Assembly (NCBI GenBank): GCA_951406725.2
Contig: OX597829.1
Location: 39,122,001 to 39,186,000 of the forward strand
From: Octopus vulgaris
Lineage: Eukaryota
Reading direction: 5' to 3'
Length of the DNA: 64,000 nucleotides
Shown: piece by piece, positions 16,370 through 30,469 of the stretch
Layout: the number at the start of each line of letters is the position of its first letter
Numbering within the stretch: position 1 is the first letter of the stretch
Translations under genes and position numbers: made by a program
Notes under the pieces: model-generated
The model's input: the letters and a program-made list of their open reading frames with translations, nothing else
Database searches by the model: none
Told to the model about the DNA's origin: nothing

Positions 16370-17470
16370 GAAAACATATAAACTTGAACTAGGAAGAAGA
16401 TTAATGCCTGGCTGATACTGTTCAATGCAAAAACTGAAAGAGACGCCATTGAAGATGTCAAAAAGAAGCCAACGATTCTTCCTACAAGTGGAGTTGAAGC
16501 CATACTAAAGTTAAAAGATGTTCTTTTCCTCTAAGTCTTCAGAATGCAACATACCAACAAATAATTGCAACAACTAATAAAGCCAAAAGAGACAATTGCG
16601 GACAGACTAAAATTATTGGATCAAAAGCAACGAGAAGAAGAGTCAATCAACGACTTTCTTAGAATTAATTTTGAAGCTTCTTTCTGTCATTTGAGTAAGT
16701 TTAAAGAATATCCAGAAATCGTGAAACTCATTTTCATTGCAGGATTTTCATCGGCAGAGATAGAGCTATAAATTTTGGAGTTACAGTGTCATTCTAAGAT
16801 GAATTACATTGAAATAGCTGCTCTCGCATCCACCACAGAATCGGAAACACTGTTTGTTAGTAGTCAACAAACAATAACAAACTCAGCCTCCAAAAAAATT
16901 TCTCCAGTTGTGATGTAGTGAAATATCAAAATTCTGGGTGTACAGACAAAACTTGTGAGTCCAGTATATGGAAAAAAATTTCTAACAAATGCAGCAAATT
17001 ACGGATATACAGAAGATTGGTTCCGATATATGCTGAAAAAGAAGAACCACTCTTATCAGCTACATCTAAAGAATTTAAGCAGGGTAAAGAGCAAGATAAG
17101 GCCTTCCATATGCTTATCACACATCTTTCAGAGGCTCTAGTTTTGTAACCATACTCAATGGAGATGAGCATTCTCACTTTAGATGCATCCTTGATTGCAG
17201 TAGCTGAGGTGATATCCCAGGAACAACACTCAGTAGCATTCATAAGCCACACCTTTAGCCAGGCACAATGAAATTGGTCAAAGACAGAGAGAGAGAGGCT
17301 TATGCAGTGATATGGTGCATAGATAGACTGTGGCATTTCCTTCTTGGATATCAGTTTTATTTGGAAAAAAAGAAAAAAATTCACCAGGCTTTAAAAACCC
17401 CGTTCACGAACGATTTAGATGCGTCTTGATGTGCTTTGCAAAAAATAGTCAGATGGAGTTTGATTCTATC
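16370..17470 (+). mobile_element. Decayed Ty3/Gypsy LTR retrotransposon (gag and RNase H remnants)
   Basis: Gag-like NAWLILF..KKKPTIL and KQREEESINDF; RNase H ILTLDASLIAVAEVISQEQHSVAFISHTFSQAQ*NWSKTERE/AYAVIWCIDRLWHFLLG. Confidence 0.75.
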
Positions 17471-18419
17471 ACAGTAGAATTTCGCAATTAAGCATTAGAA
17501 CAAGAGAAGACAAGTGGAAATCGATGGAGGAAATTGCAAAGGAAGCTGTAAAAATCAGCAGGAAAATGTCAGTAATGGTGGCACAAAAGCAGCAGTACGA
17601 AGGAAAAAGAGCAGCAGGGAACAGTAAAACCACATGGCAAAGGACCGCTGGCAAACAAAAGGGCCATTGGCAAACAAAAGGGCCATTGGCAAACAAAGGG
17701 CCATTGGCAAACAAAGGGGACCAGGAGACAAGGAATGGGATACATTTCACTGATCCCTACCTCCTTCCCATCAAATGGATGAAAAGCTAAGTTGATCCAA
17801 GAAGATCAAGTGGTTGACTAATTCTACCAATCCATTCCTGCTTTATAAATAAAAAAACATTGTAAATATGTCATTGTTTCATGACTATATCTAATTCGAT
17901 CCACATTTATTTTCTTTTTTCTTCAAAAAATCAATCAAACATCAAAGGCAATACAATAAAAAGCCAACCAACAGGTGAGACATGGTTTGTGACCGTTCTA
18001 CTAACACAGAATGCTGACTTCACATTATGCCCCTCATATCACTTTAGTGTCTCATTATGCTAAATCCACATTGGAGTTCATTAACCCTTTTCTTACCAAA
18101 CCAAACTGATATAACCTCTGGTTCTACAATATACAGTTATCTCAGCCACCTTTTTAACCGTAGACCCCGACGATTACCATTTTATTCTCGTGGATCCCAA
18201 TAGCGATCTGATACTTAAAAACTACTATTTTATTTTATTTTATCTAGTTTCAGCTCATGAGCTGTGGCCATGCTGGGGCACCGCCATTTATGCTTATGTA
18301 TTTCTTTTACAAGATCACTGATGTGAAACTATAAGCATATAGTTTAAAAATTAGTTTTATAGAAACTGTGGTAATTGCATTGGACTATTGATATCCTGAG
18401 ATATATATATATTTCATTT

Positions 18420-19502
18420 TCTTTATTAGGGAATAAAAATTCCAGCATCACAGGGGTTCAAATTATTCTCAGTGAAGAAATATATATGTTATTTAGAGAT
18501 AGTAGTCCCCTTCATCCCACCATATAAAAGAATTTTAATTTAATTTAATACTTACTACTCACCTCTCAGCTACACGTGTTTCTTGAGGTTCTTTTACGGT
18601 TCCTTAAGCACGCAGAGTTTTACAGGAACCTTTCTTAAAATGAAACCCCAATCATCAGGCCTCTAAAATAAATTCATCATAGTTCGATAGTAGTGTGCTT
18701 TCCATTTAAGTCTATTTATGAAATTCTTTATATTATTAATTAGTTTAACCTTGAATTCTTTTTTTTTGGTGGGATAGGTATGTCTTTCAGTGATGAATTC
18801 CACTCCAGGGGTACTATCTTACCTGTATATGCCATACATAATTGTTTAATTTTCAAGCTAAGCAATAAAGTTAAACCATTAAATTATTTTATTTCATTTA
18901 TTAGAGAATAAAAATTCCAGCATCACAGGGGTTCAAATTATTCTCAACGAGGAAATATATATATGTTAAGAAACACCTGTAGCTGAGAAATGAGTAATAA
19001 TTATTAAATTAAAATTCTTTTGTATGGTGGGATGAAGTGGACTATTATCTCTAAATAACAAATATATTTCCTCATTGAGAATAATTTGAACCGCTGTCAT
19101 CATCATCATCATCATCATCATTTAGCGTCCGTTTTCCATGCTAGCATGGGTTGGACGGTTCAACTGGGGTCTGGGGAGCCCGAAGGCTGCACCAGGCCAG
19201 TCAGATCTGGCAGTGTTTCTACAGCTGGATGCCCTTCCTAACGCCAACCACTCCGAGAGTGTAGTGGGTGATTTTATGTGCCACCGACACAGGTGCCAGA
19301 CGAGGCTGGCGAACGGCCACGCTCGGATGGTGTTTTTATGTGCCACCGACACAGGTGCCAAACGAGGCTGGCAGACGGCCACGCTCGGATGGAGACGGCC
19401 ACGCTCGGATGATGCCGGAATTTTTATTCCCTAATAAATAAAATAATTTAATGGTTTAACTTTATTGCTTAGCTTGAAAATTAAACAATTAAGTATGGCA
19501 TT
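18420..19502. mobile_element. AT-rich foldback element with direct and inverted sub-repeats, interrupted by a SINE
   Basis: 18420-18590 is partly repeated at 18900-18965 and inverted at 18967-19097; 18829-18925 is inverted at 19411-19502. Confidence 0.75.
19098..19410 (-). mobile_element. SINE family C with (ATG)n tail
   Basis: (CAT)n-TTTAGCGTCCGTTTTCCATGCTAGCATGGG...GGATGCCCTTCCTAACGCCAACC; other copies at 28155, 45143, 48511, 51794, 62600. Confidence 0.85.
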
Positions 19503-20109
19503 CCAAGTATTAATTACCTTACGAAAATATCAAAAGCATTATGGTGGTAGAACTGGTAAGGATTAGACAAGTACCTCATCTTTAGTTATGTCCCTTTAAG
19601 CTTTTTTTATTCACCCATATCTGCCTGGGTTGGATGGGTCTCAGTGTCCAACAACATGTCACACACTTTTATCCTATGGTACAAACCATGAGTTGTTTGA
19701 TGGTTTCTTCAGAATTGGTTGTAAATGCTGTTGGCCACTAAAAATACTACCAACAAAATAAAACAATCACTCCCTTTAATCATTTAGCAAACTCACAGTT
19801 GATGTCCCAAGCTTGGGGACACACACACACACACACACTTCTTTTCAGATATAGGAGCAATATGGTTGTGTCGCAAAATGTTACTTCTCAACCACATGAT
19901 CACAGGTTCAGTCCTAGTCCAAGTGACTTCTATAGCCCCAAGCTCCAAATACCAGCCAAATGACATTTTACTAGATTCATTATTGAAACAAAAACAGAAA
20001 TGATAACAAAAGGTTTAATAATGACAAAGTTATTCTACTAAATTCTTCATTATTTTCAAAATTAATGGAAACAAAGGCGGCATATTTCAATAGAAATATA
20101 GTAATCAAA

Positions 20110-20566
20110 TCTAAGTAGAGATTTCAAACTTAAAATCTTCAAAGCCACAGTCGAACCAATTCTACTACATGGCTCAGAAACCTGGACATTATCAAAGAAG
20201 CTTGAGAGACGGTTGGATGGAACTTACACTCGCCTCGTTATGAGAGCTCAAAATATCTTGTGAAAGCGTCATCCAACCAAAGTACAAATATATGGGAAGT
20301 TACCACCTGTATCATCTCTTGTGAAAGGTAGAAGAGTCCAGTTTACTGGACATTGTTGTAGAGCTGAAAAAGAGGTAATTTCTACTCTTCTCCTCTGGAA
20401 GCCATCTGCTCACGATACCAGAGGGTGCACACTCTCCTACCCTGATGTAATCTCCAGGGATACAGGCATCCAGCAACAGGATCTCCGTAATGCTATGATG
20501 GACGATGAAGTCTGGCATAACATAGTAAGTTCTATTGTCCTGACCACGGTCGAACAATGATGATGA
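20110..20566 (+). mobile_element. 5'-truncated RTE-clade LINE 3' end
   Basis: KLKIFKATVEPILLHGSETWTL..RLDGTYTRL..RRVQFTGHCCR..DDEVWHNIV; (TGA)n tail; flanked by ATTTCAATAGAAATAT duplication. Confidence 0.85.
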
Positions 20567-21147
20567 TTTCAATAGAAATATGGAAATCAAAGAGTTAATC
20601 CACTACTGCACTAATTCTGGAAATCACTGTCCTTAATACAAAGAAGAACAAAAGCGGTACAATTTAGAAAACGCCAAACAAATATTATAAGATATTTAGT
20701 TTGTACCTTATTTGCTTCGGTAATGGAAGCAAATAAGGTTCACACTAAACATAAGTGTTAGAATTGGACGCCAACTGAGATTTACACAGCCTTAAAGGTA
20801 ATTTCCATTTAATTTCCAGTTAACACCTGTGAAAATATCAGGATAAGGAAAAATATACTCGCAGAAAGCAATTATATAAAGTAGTGGTATACCAAACAAT
20901 AAGAATTGCCAGCAGTATTAGCGATAAATTTTGGAACTGAGCCAAACTCAATCAGCTTGGCTACTACCTGTACAAACTATTCTGCTTCTGTTAAGTGGTT
21001 ACTTTGTATAACAAGCAGAGCTTATTTTCTTCTAACACACAGCAAAATAATCTATAACATCAATCAAGTGTATTTTTATTATTTTTTTATTTCAAGATGA
21101 AGAGAGAGAGAGAGAGAGAGAGAGAGAAAGTGTATTAATTATGTAAA

Positions 21148-21242
<95 letters not shown>

Positions 21243-21443
21243 TGTGTGTGGGTGTGTGTGTAATGATCTTAAAGAAATATTTATAACTGGTGGGAGTGGA
21301 GGTAATTATTTAAAGAAATCAATCCTGCAGCATGGCTGGATTCAGGTCACAGACTGGAAAGGCAACATAATCTGAACAATATCAAATGACTGGCCTTTAC
21401 TGAATAAGGTGCACATTAGGTATTGTTTATCTAAAACTAAGTT

Positions 21444-21480
<37 letters not shown>

Positions 21481-21647
21481 AATTTATTAAAAAATATAAA
21501 AATTTATAAATATAAATTAATTATTTTAATTTTAGATCTAAATAATTTAAATTTTTTAATTTTATATATTATATTTTCATTTTTATGTTTTGGTTTATGT
21601 TTTTCACTGTTTGATTTGCCTAATAGTGGTTTTATCTCTGATTTAAT

Positions 21648-21704
<57 letters not shown>

Positions 21705-22269
21705 AAACTACAAATCTATGTGAAAGAGAGAGAAAGAAAGATGATGGGCATAACTTGAGACTACTTTATTCCAATTATTACGCGTTTCAGTATTCAACAA
21801 CATGTCACGGAAGATGCAACCAGTAGATGCGGCTAATAGGGCCAGCATGGAGCAAATATTGTCAAAAAATCAAAAGCTGTGAGTGTAACGTGATTAACAT
21901 TAGAGTAGAAACCTACATGGTTTAATTGTCATGTTGAATACATTCAATCATATACCTCATCATGTGTGTGTGTGTGTGTGTGCGGCGCATGTCATTTCAA
22001 GAAACAGATAGGCTTCAAGTATTTATGACAGTTACTGCATGTAATAGAATAACAGTCAAATCTGATTAAAAGATTATATAGAGGTAAATAGCACATATGT
22101 TTACACGTATTGAATGATTACATATATATATGGTATATAGTTAAACATTGCACATTGGGTGATAATGTTTTGATACATGAGAAGAAAATAATTACACTAA
22201 GAAAAAATAGTTTTACACGGGTCCAAATTTGGAAATTTAGATTTGCTAAACAAAAACTGAAAGAAGCCC

Positions 22270-23060
22270 ATTATGGATGTATTTTTTCCCTTAAAAACAT
22301 TATATACCAGTGTAAAATTACTTCAGGTTCCAATGACTTTTTTTATATAGGTAGTTCTCAATTATCCAAAATAATTTCTAATCATTACTCTACATTTAGG
22401 GAAAGAAATAAACACAACAGTACAGGGATTAGTAAATTAATTTGGTATCTAAAAGACCATAATAAACAAATTCAGATTGGTTGATTCTCTCCATTTCATT
22501 CCCATATGATAAAGGCAAAGAATTCTGCCAACTCTGTAATAGTGAACTATTTTCTATCCTATTTTCTAAGAATCCCCTTGTAAACACAGTTATAGAGTGT
22601 GCTTATCAATGTAAACGTTGTCAGAAACATACCTTTAGTTCATATAAGCGATATCTACCATTATATATAATTTGAACATTGATTTTCTTCTTACATTTCA
22701 CTTCCACTAGATATGTTTTTCCAAGCCTTTAAGATTTTATTTTAATTTACATATTGCTCTATATTTCTCATTTATTAGTTTTCTGCTTATTTCTTTCCTT
22801 TTACCCCTACTCTTTCTATAGGCTACCTTTGACGTTATATCTTCTAATGTTTTTCTTTTTAAAAAAAACTTAATAGCGCTCCGTTCATCATTATAAACAT
22901 CCATCACATTCTGTTAAAATGTCTTATTGGTTTCTTACTTTCTTTCCCTGATGAGATTACATTGTTTTACACCATTTTATTCTTTCGAATAATATTACCA
23001 ATGTTGTCTTTGAAACATATGTCGGAAGTAAAAGAATTTGAATAACGCCTGCGTTTAACT
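22270..23060 (+). mobile_element. Penelope-like element 3' end: GIY-YIG fragment plus pLTR
   Basis: NIIYQCKI..FYIGSS..NHYSTF..STGISKLIWYLK..W..CQLCNSE..LVN..C, followed by an AT-rich 3' region with a hammerhead motif. Confidence 0.85.
22944..23027 (+). ncRNA. Type-I hammerhead ribozyme motif (Penelope pLTR)
   Basis: TTCC-CTGATGA-GATTACATTG..CAATGTTGTC(ttt)-GAAAC-ATAT-GTC-GGAA; stem I TTCC/GGAA, palindromic stem III ACATATGT, GUC cleavage triplet. Confidence 0.7.
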
Positions 23061-23076
23061 CCACTTATTTATTTAT

Positions 23077-23122
<46 letters not shown>

Positions 23123-23580
23123 CACACACACACACACACACGTTTGTGTGTGTGCAACAATAGTGCTGCTAAGCAATAACAGTCTAAGTCAGGAGTTTTT
23201 CCCCCATCAGGAAATATTGGTGGCATGGAGAAAGAGACTTGTATGCATGGCCAACTGTCTCATTCTCAAAAACAAAAAAAATCTGTGCGTTTGCACATAC
23301 ATATAGCTGAATGATCAACCTAGAATGATAAAAACTCCAACCATCTTAAGACTGAATGCATGTACATCACTAATATTACCCCACAACACAGCACTATCTA
23401 CATCATGTAATACCATATATATATATAATATTGAAAAAATTGGAGTAAAGAGTTCACACATGACAGATGCTGCCCAAACACAAACCTGGAAGTACATATA
23501 ATACTATTACAGGACAGCACAGGATAAATCTGAAGAGGGACTAGCTTTATACTGTACTACATTCTTAACAGAATGTGCCG

Positions 23581-23631
<51 letters not shown>

Positions 23632-23740
23632 TACACACACACACACACACACAGAGTTTATGGAAAAATACAAAAGACGAAGACAGGTGGTGTAGAAAAC
23701 AAACAGATGTATTAGTATAACACTCAGGAATAGAAAAAGT

Positions 23741-23776
23741 CTTTTACGTTTCGAGCCTACGCTCTTCTACAGAAAG
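23741..23776 (-). ncRNA. Minimal hammerhead-like motif, CUGU core variant, in a dispersed repeat (23655-23845)
   Basis: CTTT-CTGTAGA-A-GAGC-GTAG-GCTC-GAAAC-GTA-AAAG. Confidence 0.6.
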
Positions 23777-23839
23777 GGACATAGAAAAAACAAGGAGAGA
23801 AACAAGGAGAGAAAAAAGTGTGTGTAGTGGCTAACAATC

Positions 23840-23871
<32 letters not shown>

Positions 23872-24693
23872 GAGAAAGATGGTATGTGTGTATAAATCAT
23901 ATCCAATATATTTAATAAACACATATTTAGTCTCACTGCAGAAAATGTAGCCTCTGATTAAAGCACAGAATCTTTGATAGTCAATTGTGATTTATCAATG
24001 GATTGTATCTAAACAGCAAGACTAGATATCTATGTATCTATATATACACACACACACAATGAAAATACATTGCATATGATTCCCATATAAATACTTAAAA
24101 CAACATGTGTGTGCATGTGCATACATGCCCACACACACACAAACAAACACACAATGGGATTTAACAACTAGTCTTGCATTGAAGCAGAGAAATCAATCTC
24201 AATTATGGAGGAGTATGAGGAGGTGATAGATTAAAGAATTCAAAAGGAAATTTAAGTGCTTATAAGGAAAATTAATTAAAGTCTATTACAGAATTGGAGA
24301 TATTAGTTTGATAGCCAGAGTCAAAGACATTTCTACTACACCTTCATCCCTGTTACCAATGTGATAAACAGCACACACACAATTGCAGGAAGCTCTCTCA
24401 AACAAGCTAATATCTTCAGAACAGCCATGTGTACTGTTACTAGAAACTACTCTACTGATACAAGAGAGCAAGCTTCAACATGGTCATTATCTAGAAGAAA
24501 TAGCAACTATACTTCAGTCTAAATAGGATATTATTGGCTTTCTTGCTCTTTATATCTCATCAATACACACTCATCTATCTCTCCTTATTTCATAATATGT
24601 GTGTGTATGTGTGTGTGATATAGATATATGTATGCGTCAAACAAAGTGTGAGTGCTCAACATTGCATTGGTAGATAAAGATTATTTGTGCACC

Positions 24694-24830
24694 AAGGCTA
24701 CCACTGGTTTCATGTTAAGAAAATATCTTAATTTTTGAAGCCACTCACATGGAGACAAACATCAATTTCTCCATGAGGTTGGCTTGAAAAAATTAAGATA
24801 TTTCCTCAACTTGAAACCAATGGTAGCCTT
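24694..24830. repeat. Imperfect 137-bp hairpin (MITE-like)
   Basis: AAGGCTACCACTGGTTTCA...TGAAACCAATGGTAGCCTT arms pairing inward to CATGGAGA/TCTCCATG. Confidence 0.75.
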
Positions 24831-24889
24831 AACACACACACACATACAGACAATGTATACACACACAATACTTCATACATATTGATATA

Positions 24890-25692
<803 letters not shown>

Positions 25693-26337
25693 CAGTGTTT
25701 ACTCGTATATTTTCTAACATGGGTTAGATGGGAATAATAATTTGTGTCAAGGATTTTACAGCCAGACACTTTTCCTGTCACCAACACCTACTATGTCATA
25801 TTTTGCTTTTATAAGGTTCCCAACTCCTTGGGGGAAGGATGGGGTTTGTGGCCGATAAAATTATAAAGAACATCACCTCCACCATCAACATTATCTTAAC
25901 TATCAACACCTTCACCACCATCATCTTTCACCAATAATACCATCATCTCTGCTTTAGATTCTTATAATTATTCAATAGATGTTTGTCTCATAAATTTGGT
26001 TGTTTTAACTGTTGAAGTTTTGTTTCTTTTTAATTTTATCTTTTAATTCTGTAACATTCTATCTAAACATTTTCCTAATTAATAACCACGGCATTATAAT
26101 AATCTTTAATGGAAAGTTGCAATAGTGATGAACAAAAATTCTCATTTTTAAAACAAAGAAAGCAACGACATTGTCATTCTCAAAAGCAATAGAAAGCAAT
26201 TAATACAGCTAGCCAAATTCTTTAATCAAGCACTTACAGAAGTCATCAAGGAAATACCGACCGAACAACAATTATTAAACTAGTGTTTGGAACATTAACA
26301 TGGAATTTTTAAGGGAAGATTTTTATTTAGATCACAT

Positions 26338-26955
26338 TTAACCCTTTAGTGTTTTAACTGGCCATATCCGGCCCAAATATTCTATATGTTTTATATTCAA
26401 ACTGGACACATCTAGCCTCTCACACCAAACTTACTCTTTTACTCTTACGTGTTTCAGTCATTTGACTGCGGCCATGCTGGAGCACCGCCTTTGGCCGAGC
26501 AAATCGACCCCGGGACTTATTCTTTGTAAGCTCAGTACTTATTCTATTGGTCTCTTTTTGCTGAACCACTAAGTGACGGGGGCGTAAACACACCAGCATC
26601 GGTTGTCAAGCAATGCTAGAGGGACAAACACAGACACACAAACACACACATACATACATACATATATACGACGGGCTTCTTTCAGTTTCCGTCTACCAAA
26701 TCCACTCACAAGGCATTGGTCGGCCCGGGGCTATAGCAGAAGACACTTGCCCAAGAAGCCACGCAGTGGGACTGAACCCGGAACCATGTGGTTGGTTAGC
26801 AAGCTACTTACCACACAGCCACTCCTGACATTCTAAAAATTATCAATCACATCATTGAAACTCCAAAGCTATAAGATAACACATGATTAATTCAAAACAA
26901 TTTGAATAAAAAAAATATTAAATTTAACGGAGTAATCTGAACACTAAAGGGTTAA
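26338..26955. mobile_element. TTAA MITE (second family) with nested family-B SINE at ~26432-26827 (minus)
   Basis: TTAA-CCCTTTAGTGTT...AACACTAAAGGG-TTAA; related uninterrupted inverted copy at 34745-34968. Confidence 0.8.
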
Positions 26956-27097
26956 ACAGTAAATGTATCAGAACCAAGGACAGGTTTAGACAGATTGGTT
27001 TCCAAAGGGTTAATATTATCAGTGGCATGATAAAATCCACCCCATCCTTGCTGTGAGGTGGTTAGTAATATGAAGGGCATATTCTTTTTTTCTTTTG

Positions 27098-27485
27098 TTT
27101 GTCATTTGACTGTGGCCATGCTGGAGCACCGCCTTCTAGTCGAGCAAATCGACCCCGGGACTTATTCTTTGTAAGCCCAGTACTTATTCTATCGGTCTCT
27201 TTTTGCCGAACCGCTAAGTGACGGGGACGTAAACACACCAGCATTGGTTGTCAAGCAATGCTGGGGGGACAAACAGACACACAAACATACACGCCCATAC
27301 ATATATATATACATATATACGACAGGCTTCTTTCAGTTTCCGTCTACCAAATCCACTCACAAGGCATTGGTCGGCCCGGGGCTATAGCAGAAGACACTTG
27401 CCCAAGATGCCACGCAGTGGGACTGAACCCGGAACCATGTGGTTGGTAAGCAAGCTACTTACCACACAGCCACTCCTGCGCCTAT
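27098..27485 (-). mobile_element. SINE family B
   Basis: High identity to other B copies. Confidence 0.9.
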
Positions 27486-29169
27486 ATGGTTCTAAAAATA
27501 AAAAAGAAAGAAAGAAAGCCCCTCTCAAAGCATAAAAGAAAAGGATGTAGCATGCAAAAAAGATGTCTAGTTTCCACCGTTTTGTGCAAGTTAGATGACG
27601 AGGATAAGAGAAGTGATAAAATGCTGAGACCCGATCAAATGATGGTTGCATAGAATAAAATGAATGTAAATAAATGATTATGATGATGTAAATTCAAACA
27701 ATATAGCCAAATGAACAAGGCAAGCTGACAGTCGACCACTGTCATTATGTCACTATGGTTACATTCATAGCAACACATCAGATTATTATAAATACGATTG
27801 ATACAGGTTAATCCAGAGACCAAGTATTCAGTGATAATACAGAACTACTACTACTTGTAATGATATATGATAAGAGCAATGATGTTAGATCTAACAATAG
27901 TTAAATGAAAACAATGGAAAGGAATTAACAGATGTTTTCACTGAGATGTTGCCATACAAATGAATCCAAAGACATAGTGTTCAGCAATATGACTGTACAA
28001 CTGATAATTGTTTCTGACAATTATGTCAAGCTATTTCTCATCTGAAGGATTTTTTAAATGGTTGTTCGACCTGCTAAAAATAGTTACATTTTCTTCGGAC
28101 TACATCCTGCTGCTTGAAACCTTTTGTTACCATATTTCCGATGAAATACCTTATCTATCATCATCATCGTTTAACGTCCGTTTTCCGTGCTACCATGGGT
28201 TGGACGGTTCGACCGGGGTCTGGAAAGCCAGGGGGCTGCACCAGGCTCCAGTCTGATCTAGCAGTGTTTCTACAGCTGGATGCCCTTTCTAACACCAATC
28301 ACTCTATATGTCTCAATTATTGAAATAAAGAATTTGAAGGTTTTTTTTTGTTTTTTTTTGCAGTGAAGTAACTTCATAATTAAGATAGAATTTTGTTGGA
28401 TCAAAAGTCATTAAAAAGTTTGGAAGTAGCAACAAAAGAGTTTTGACAAAAACAAATGAAACAAACAATTGGTTAGTTAGTTGGATATTTCACCAATTGA
28501 CTAATAATAAAAGAGTGGAATTGAACCAGTGCATGTGTTACTATAATATTGGCACAATGACTCTCCCTAGAAATAACAAAATTCCATGAAATCTCACAAA
28601 AACAAATACAAAAAAAATTCTAGAAATTCTTCATATAAAAATATAAAGCATCTTTTGTAAAGGACAAATAATATTTAAGACATCTTGTGCTCCAGAATTT
28701 TTTCACAAAAATCCAATATTCTTGGAAACACAATCTGAGAATTAGACAACGCATTTTTCTGATACACTAGAGGCTGTGATGGCCATAGATGGAATAACTG
28801 ATCATAAACATCAATTAGAACTAATTTTGGGAGCTAAACAACCACAATTTAAGCAAATTGAGTTACAGGTTTTGGTTACAAGCATAACGCTATGACTGAA
28901 GAAAGATTTGAACTTGTCACCATATGGCCATTTTATCTCACAAATAAGTTCTATGTTACAGTGGTGATTGACGAAAACTGTAGAGAGAGCTGAATAGCAG
29001 GTCTTCATAAAAGCCCTCCACCTCTCACACACACTCATAAGTGTTTTGGGCCTTCACTACTTATGATCTGAAGGTGCCAGGCTAAATCTAGGTCGTGACT
29101 CCTAGATACAAACAAGAAATATAATAAAACATGTCTTGTGAAGGTGTGATGAGGTATACCAATGATATA

Positions 29170-30160
29170 TTGAAAATATAACAAAGAGCCCCTCAGCCAT
29201 GGCAACGTATTGTGGGAGGAAGTTGATAAGAGCTTGGGTCTGCAGGTTTCCACCTGGGATAGAACCCGAGTGGAAGAGGAAACTATCCGCCAAGGTCTGG
29301 GTGGCTGCGGAGCCAAGCTCCTCAATGTGAAATTATTACCAGTGGCTGATTGGGTCGGGTCAAAAGTTATTTTGACCCTGTGGACCCAATCAGTAACGGA
29401 GTTAGTCTTTTCAGACTTTAAATATGGCCGGGAGCAGGTACCCGGTGATTCTTGAGGGTCGCCCCTCTCCCCAGGTGTCATTGGTGCCTGGAGCCTGGCC
29501 ATATAAAGAAAAACTGTCCTCAGGACCAAAGCAAGGTCCTGGAGCAGTTGGTTGAGACCTCTGTAAAAGAGGGAATGGAGGCGGCTGAGGAAGCAGAAGA
29601 CTCCTCAAAGAACGGCCACAGGAGGAAGAAGGTGAGCAACAGTGGGTGCTCACTGAAGGATCCTAGGGATGAGGGAGGAGAGGCAGATCTCCCGGTCACG
29701 GAGGAAACTCATCCTCCCTCAGTTAAGAAGAAGAGAAATAGAAACAAGATATTGCTGGCAGTCGGTGACATAGTACTGGAATGTCCCGGAACCTCAGTGG
29801 GGATTATGCCAATGGAAGGGTCACCGTCAGTGGGAATTGTGCCGCTGATGGTGGAAGTGACTACCTCGTCCTCTGAGGAGGAAGAATTACTTGTCTTTTT
29901 CCACAGGGGCGGAGAGGTGGAGAAGGTGTTGGAGAAACACCATAAGGGAGCAACTGAGCTGCACACGGGATCCCGAATGGCCTCCGCAGATAGCTGTGGA
30001 GGTCATAATGTTGACCATGTTGCAAAAGCTGAAGAAGCTCAATGAGGAGTATCGCTTGTGACCGGGTGATGCTGACACGTCACCCACTGTGTGCTTGAAT
30101 AAGGCATGGATAATGGCGGAGTATGTGGTCACAAGCAATACTGAGGAGGAATATGGGTAA
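29170..30160 (+). mobile_element. Decayed ORF1/gag-like sequence with CCHC zinc knuckle (Tx1/L1-type non-LTR element likely)
   Basis: PRCHWCLEPGHIKKNCP (CX2CX4HX4C) followed by a low-complexity E/K-rich linker; frameshift between ORFs 29210 and 29452; GC-richer than flanks. Confidence 0.65.
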
Positions 30161-30469
30161 GAGGTTGAAAAGCCTCAATATTGTGAATTGATAAAAGGTT
30201 TGAAACCTTATTCTGTTTTTAACAAAGTACGAGGCATAGTGCCTCATTTTTGTGTATCAATGAACAATTATGAACAATTGTAAGAGGTTTATCATCTCAT
30301 ACAATAAACAAGAGAACAATGGTTTCAAGAAACAAACAATTGGTGGGTGTTGCTTGTTCCCCTCATTAATCATCATTTTCACTTTTCATCTCATATAACA
30401 TTATGTCTGTGTCCAGCCTGCAGGTTCCTTTTTTCTATGTAAGGCCATTACAGCTAATTTAATGAAATA

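Noticed and set aside
17648-17718. Three to four copies of GGGCCATTGGCAAACAAA
   Set aside because: Short local slippage repeat with no spacers or further structure.
20880-20975. Possible minus-strand exon after tttgtacag
   Set aside because: Short frame ends in a stop, no convincing donor or homology.
29452-30045. 197-aa host zinc-finger gene
   Set aside because: Single gag-type CCHC knuckle in a frameshifted, intronless segment; better explained as retroelement ORF1.
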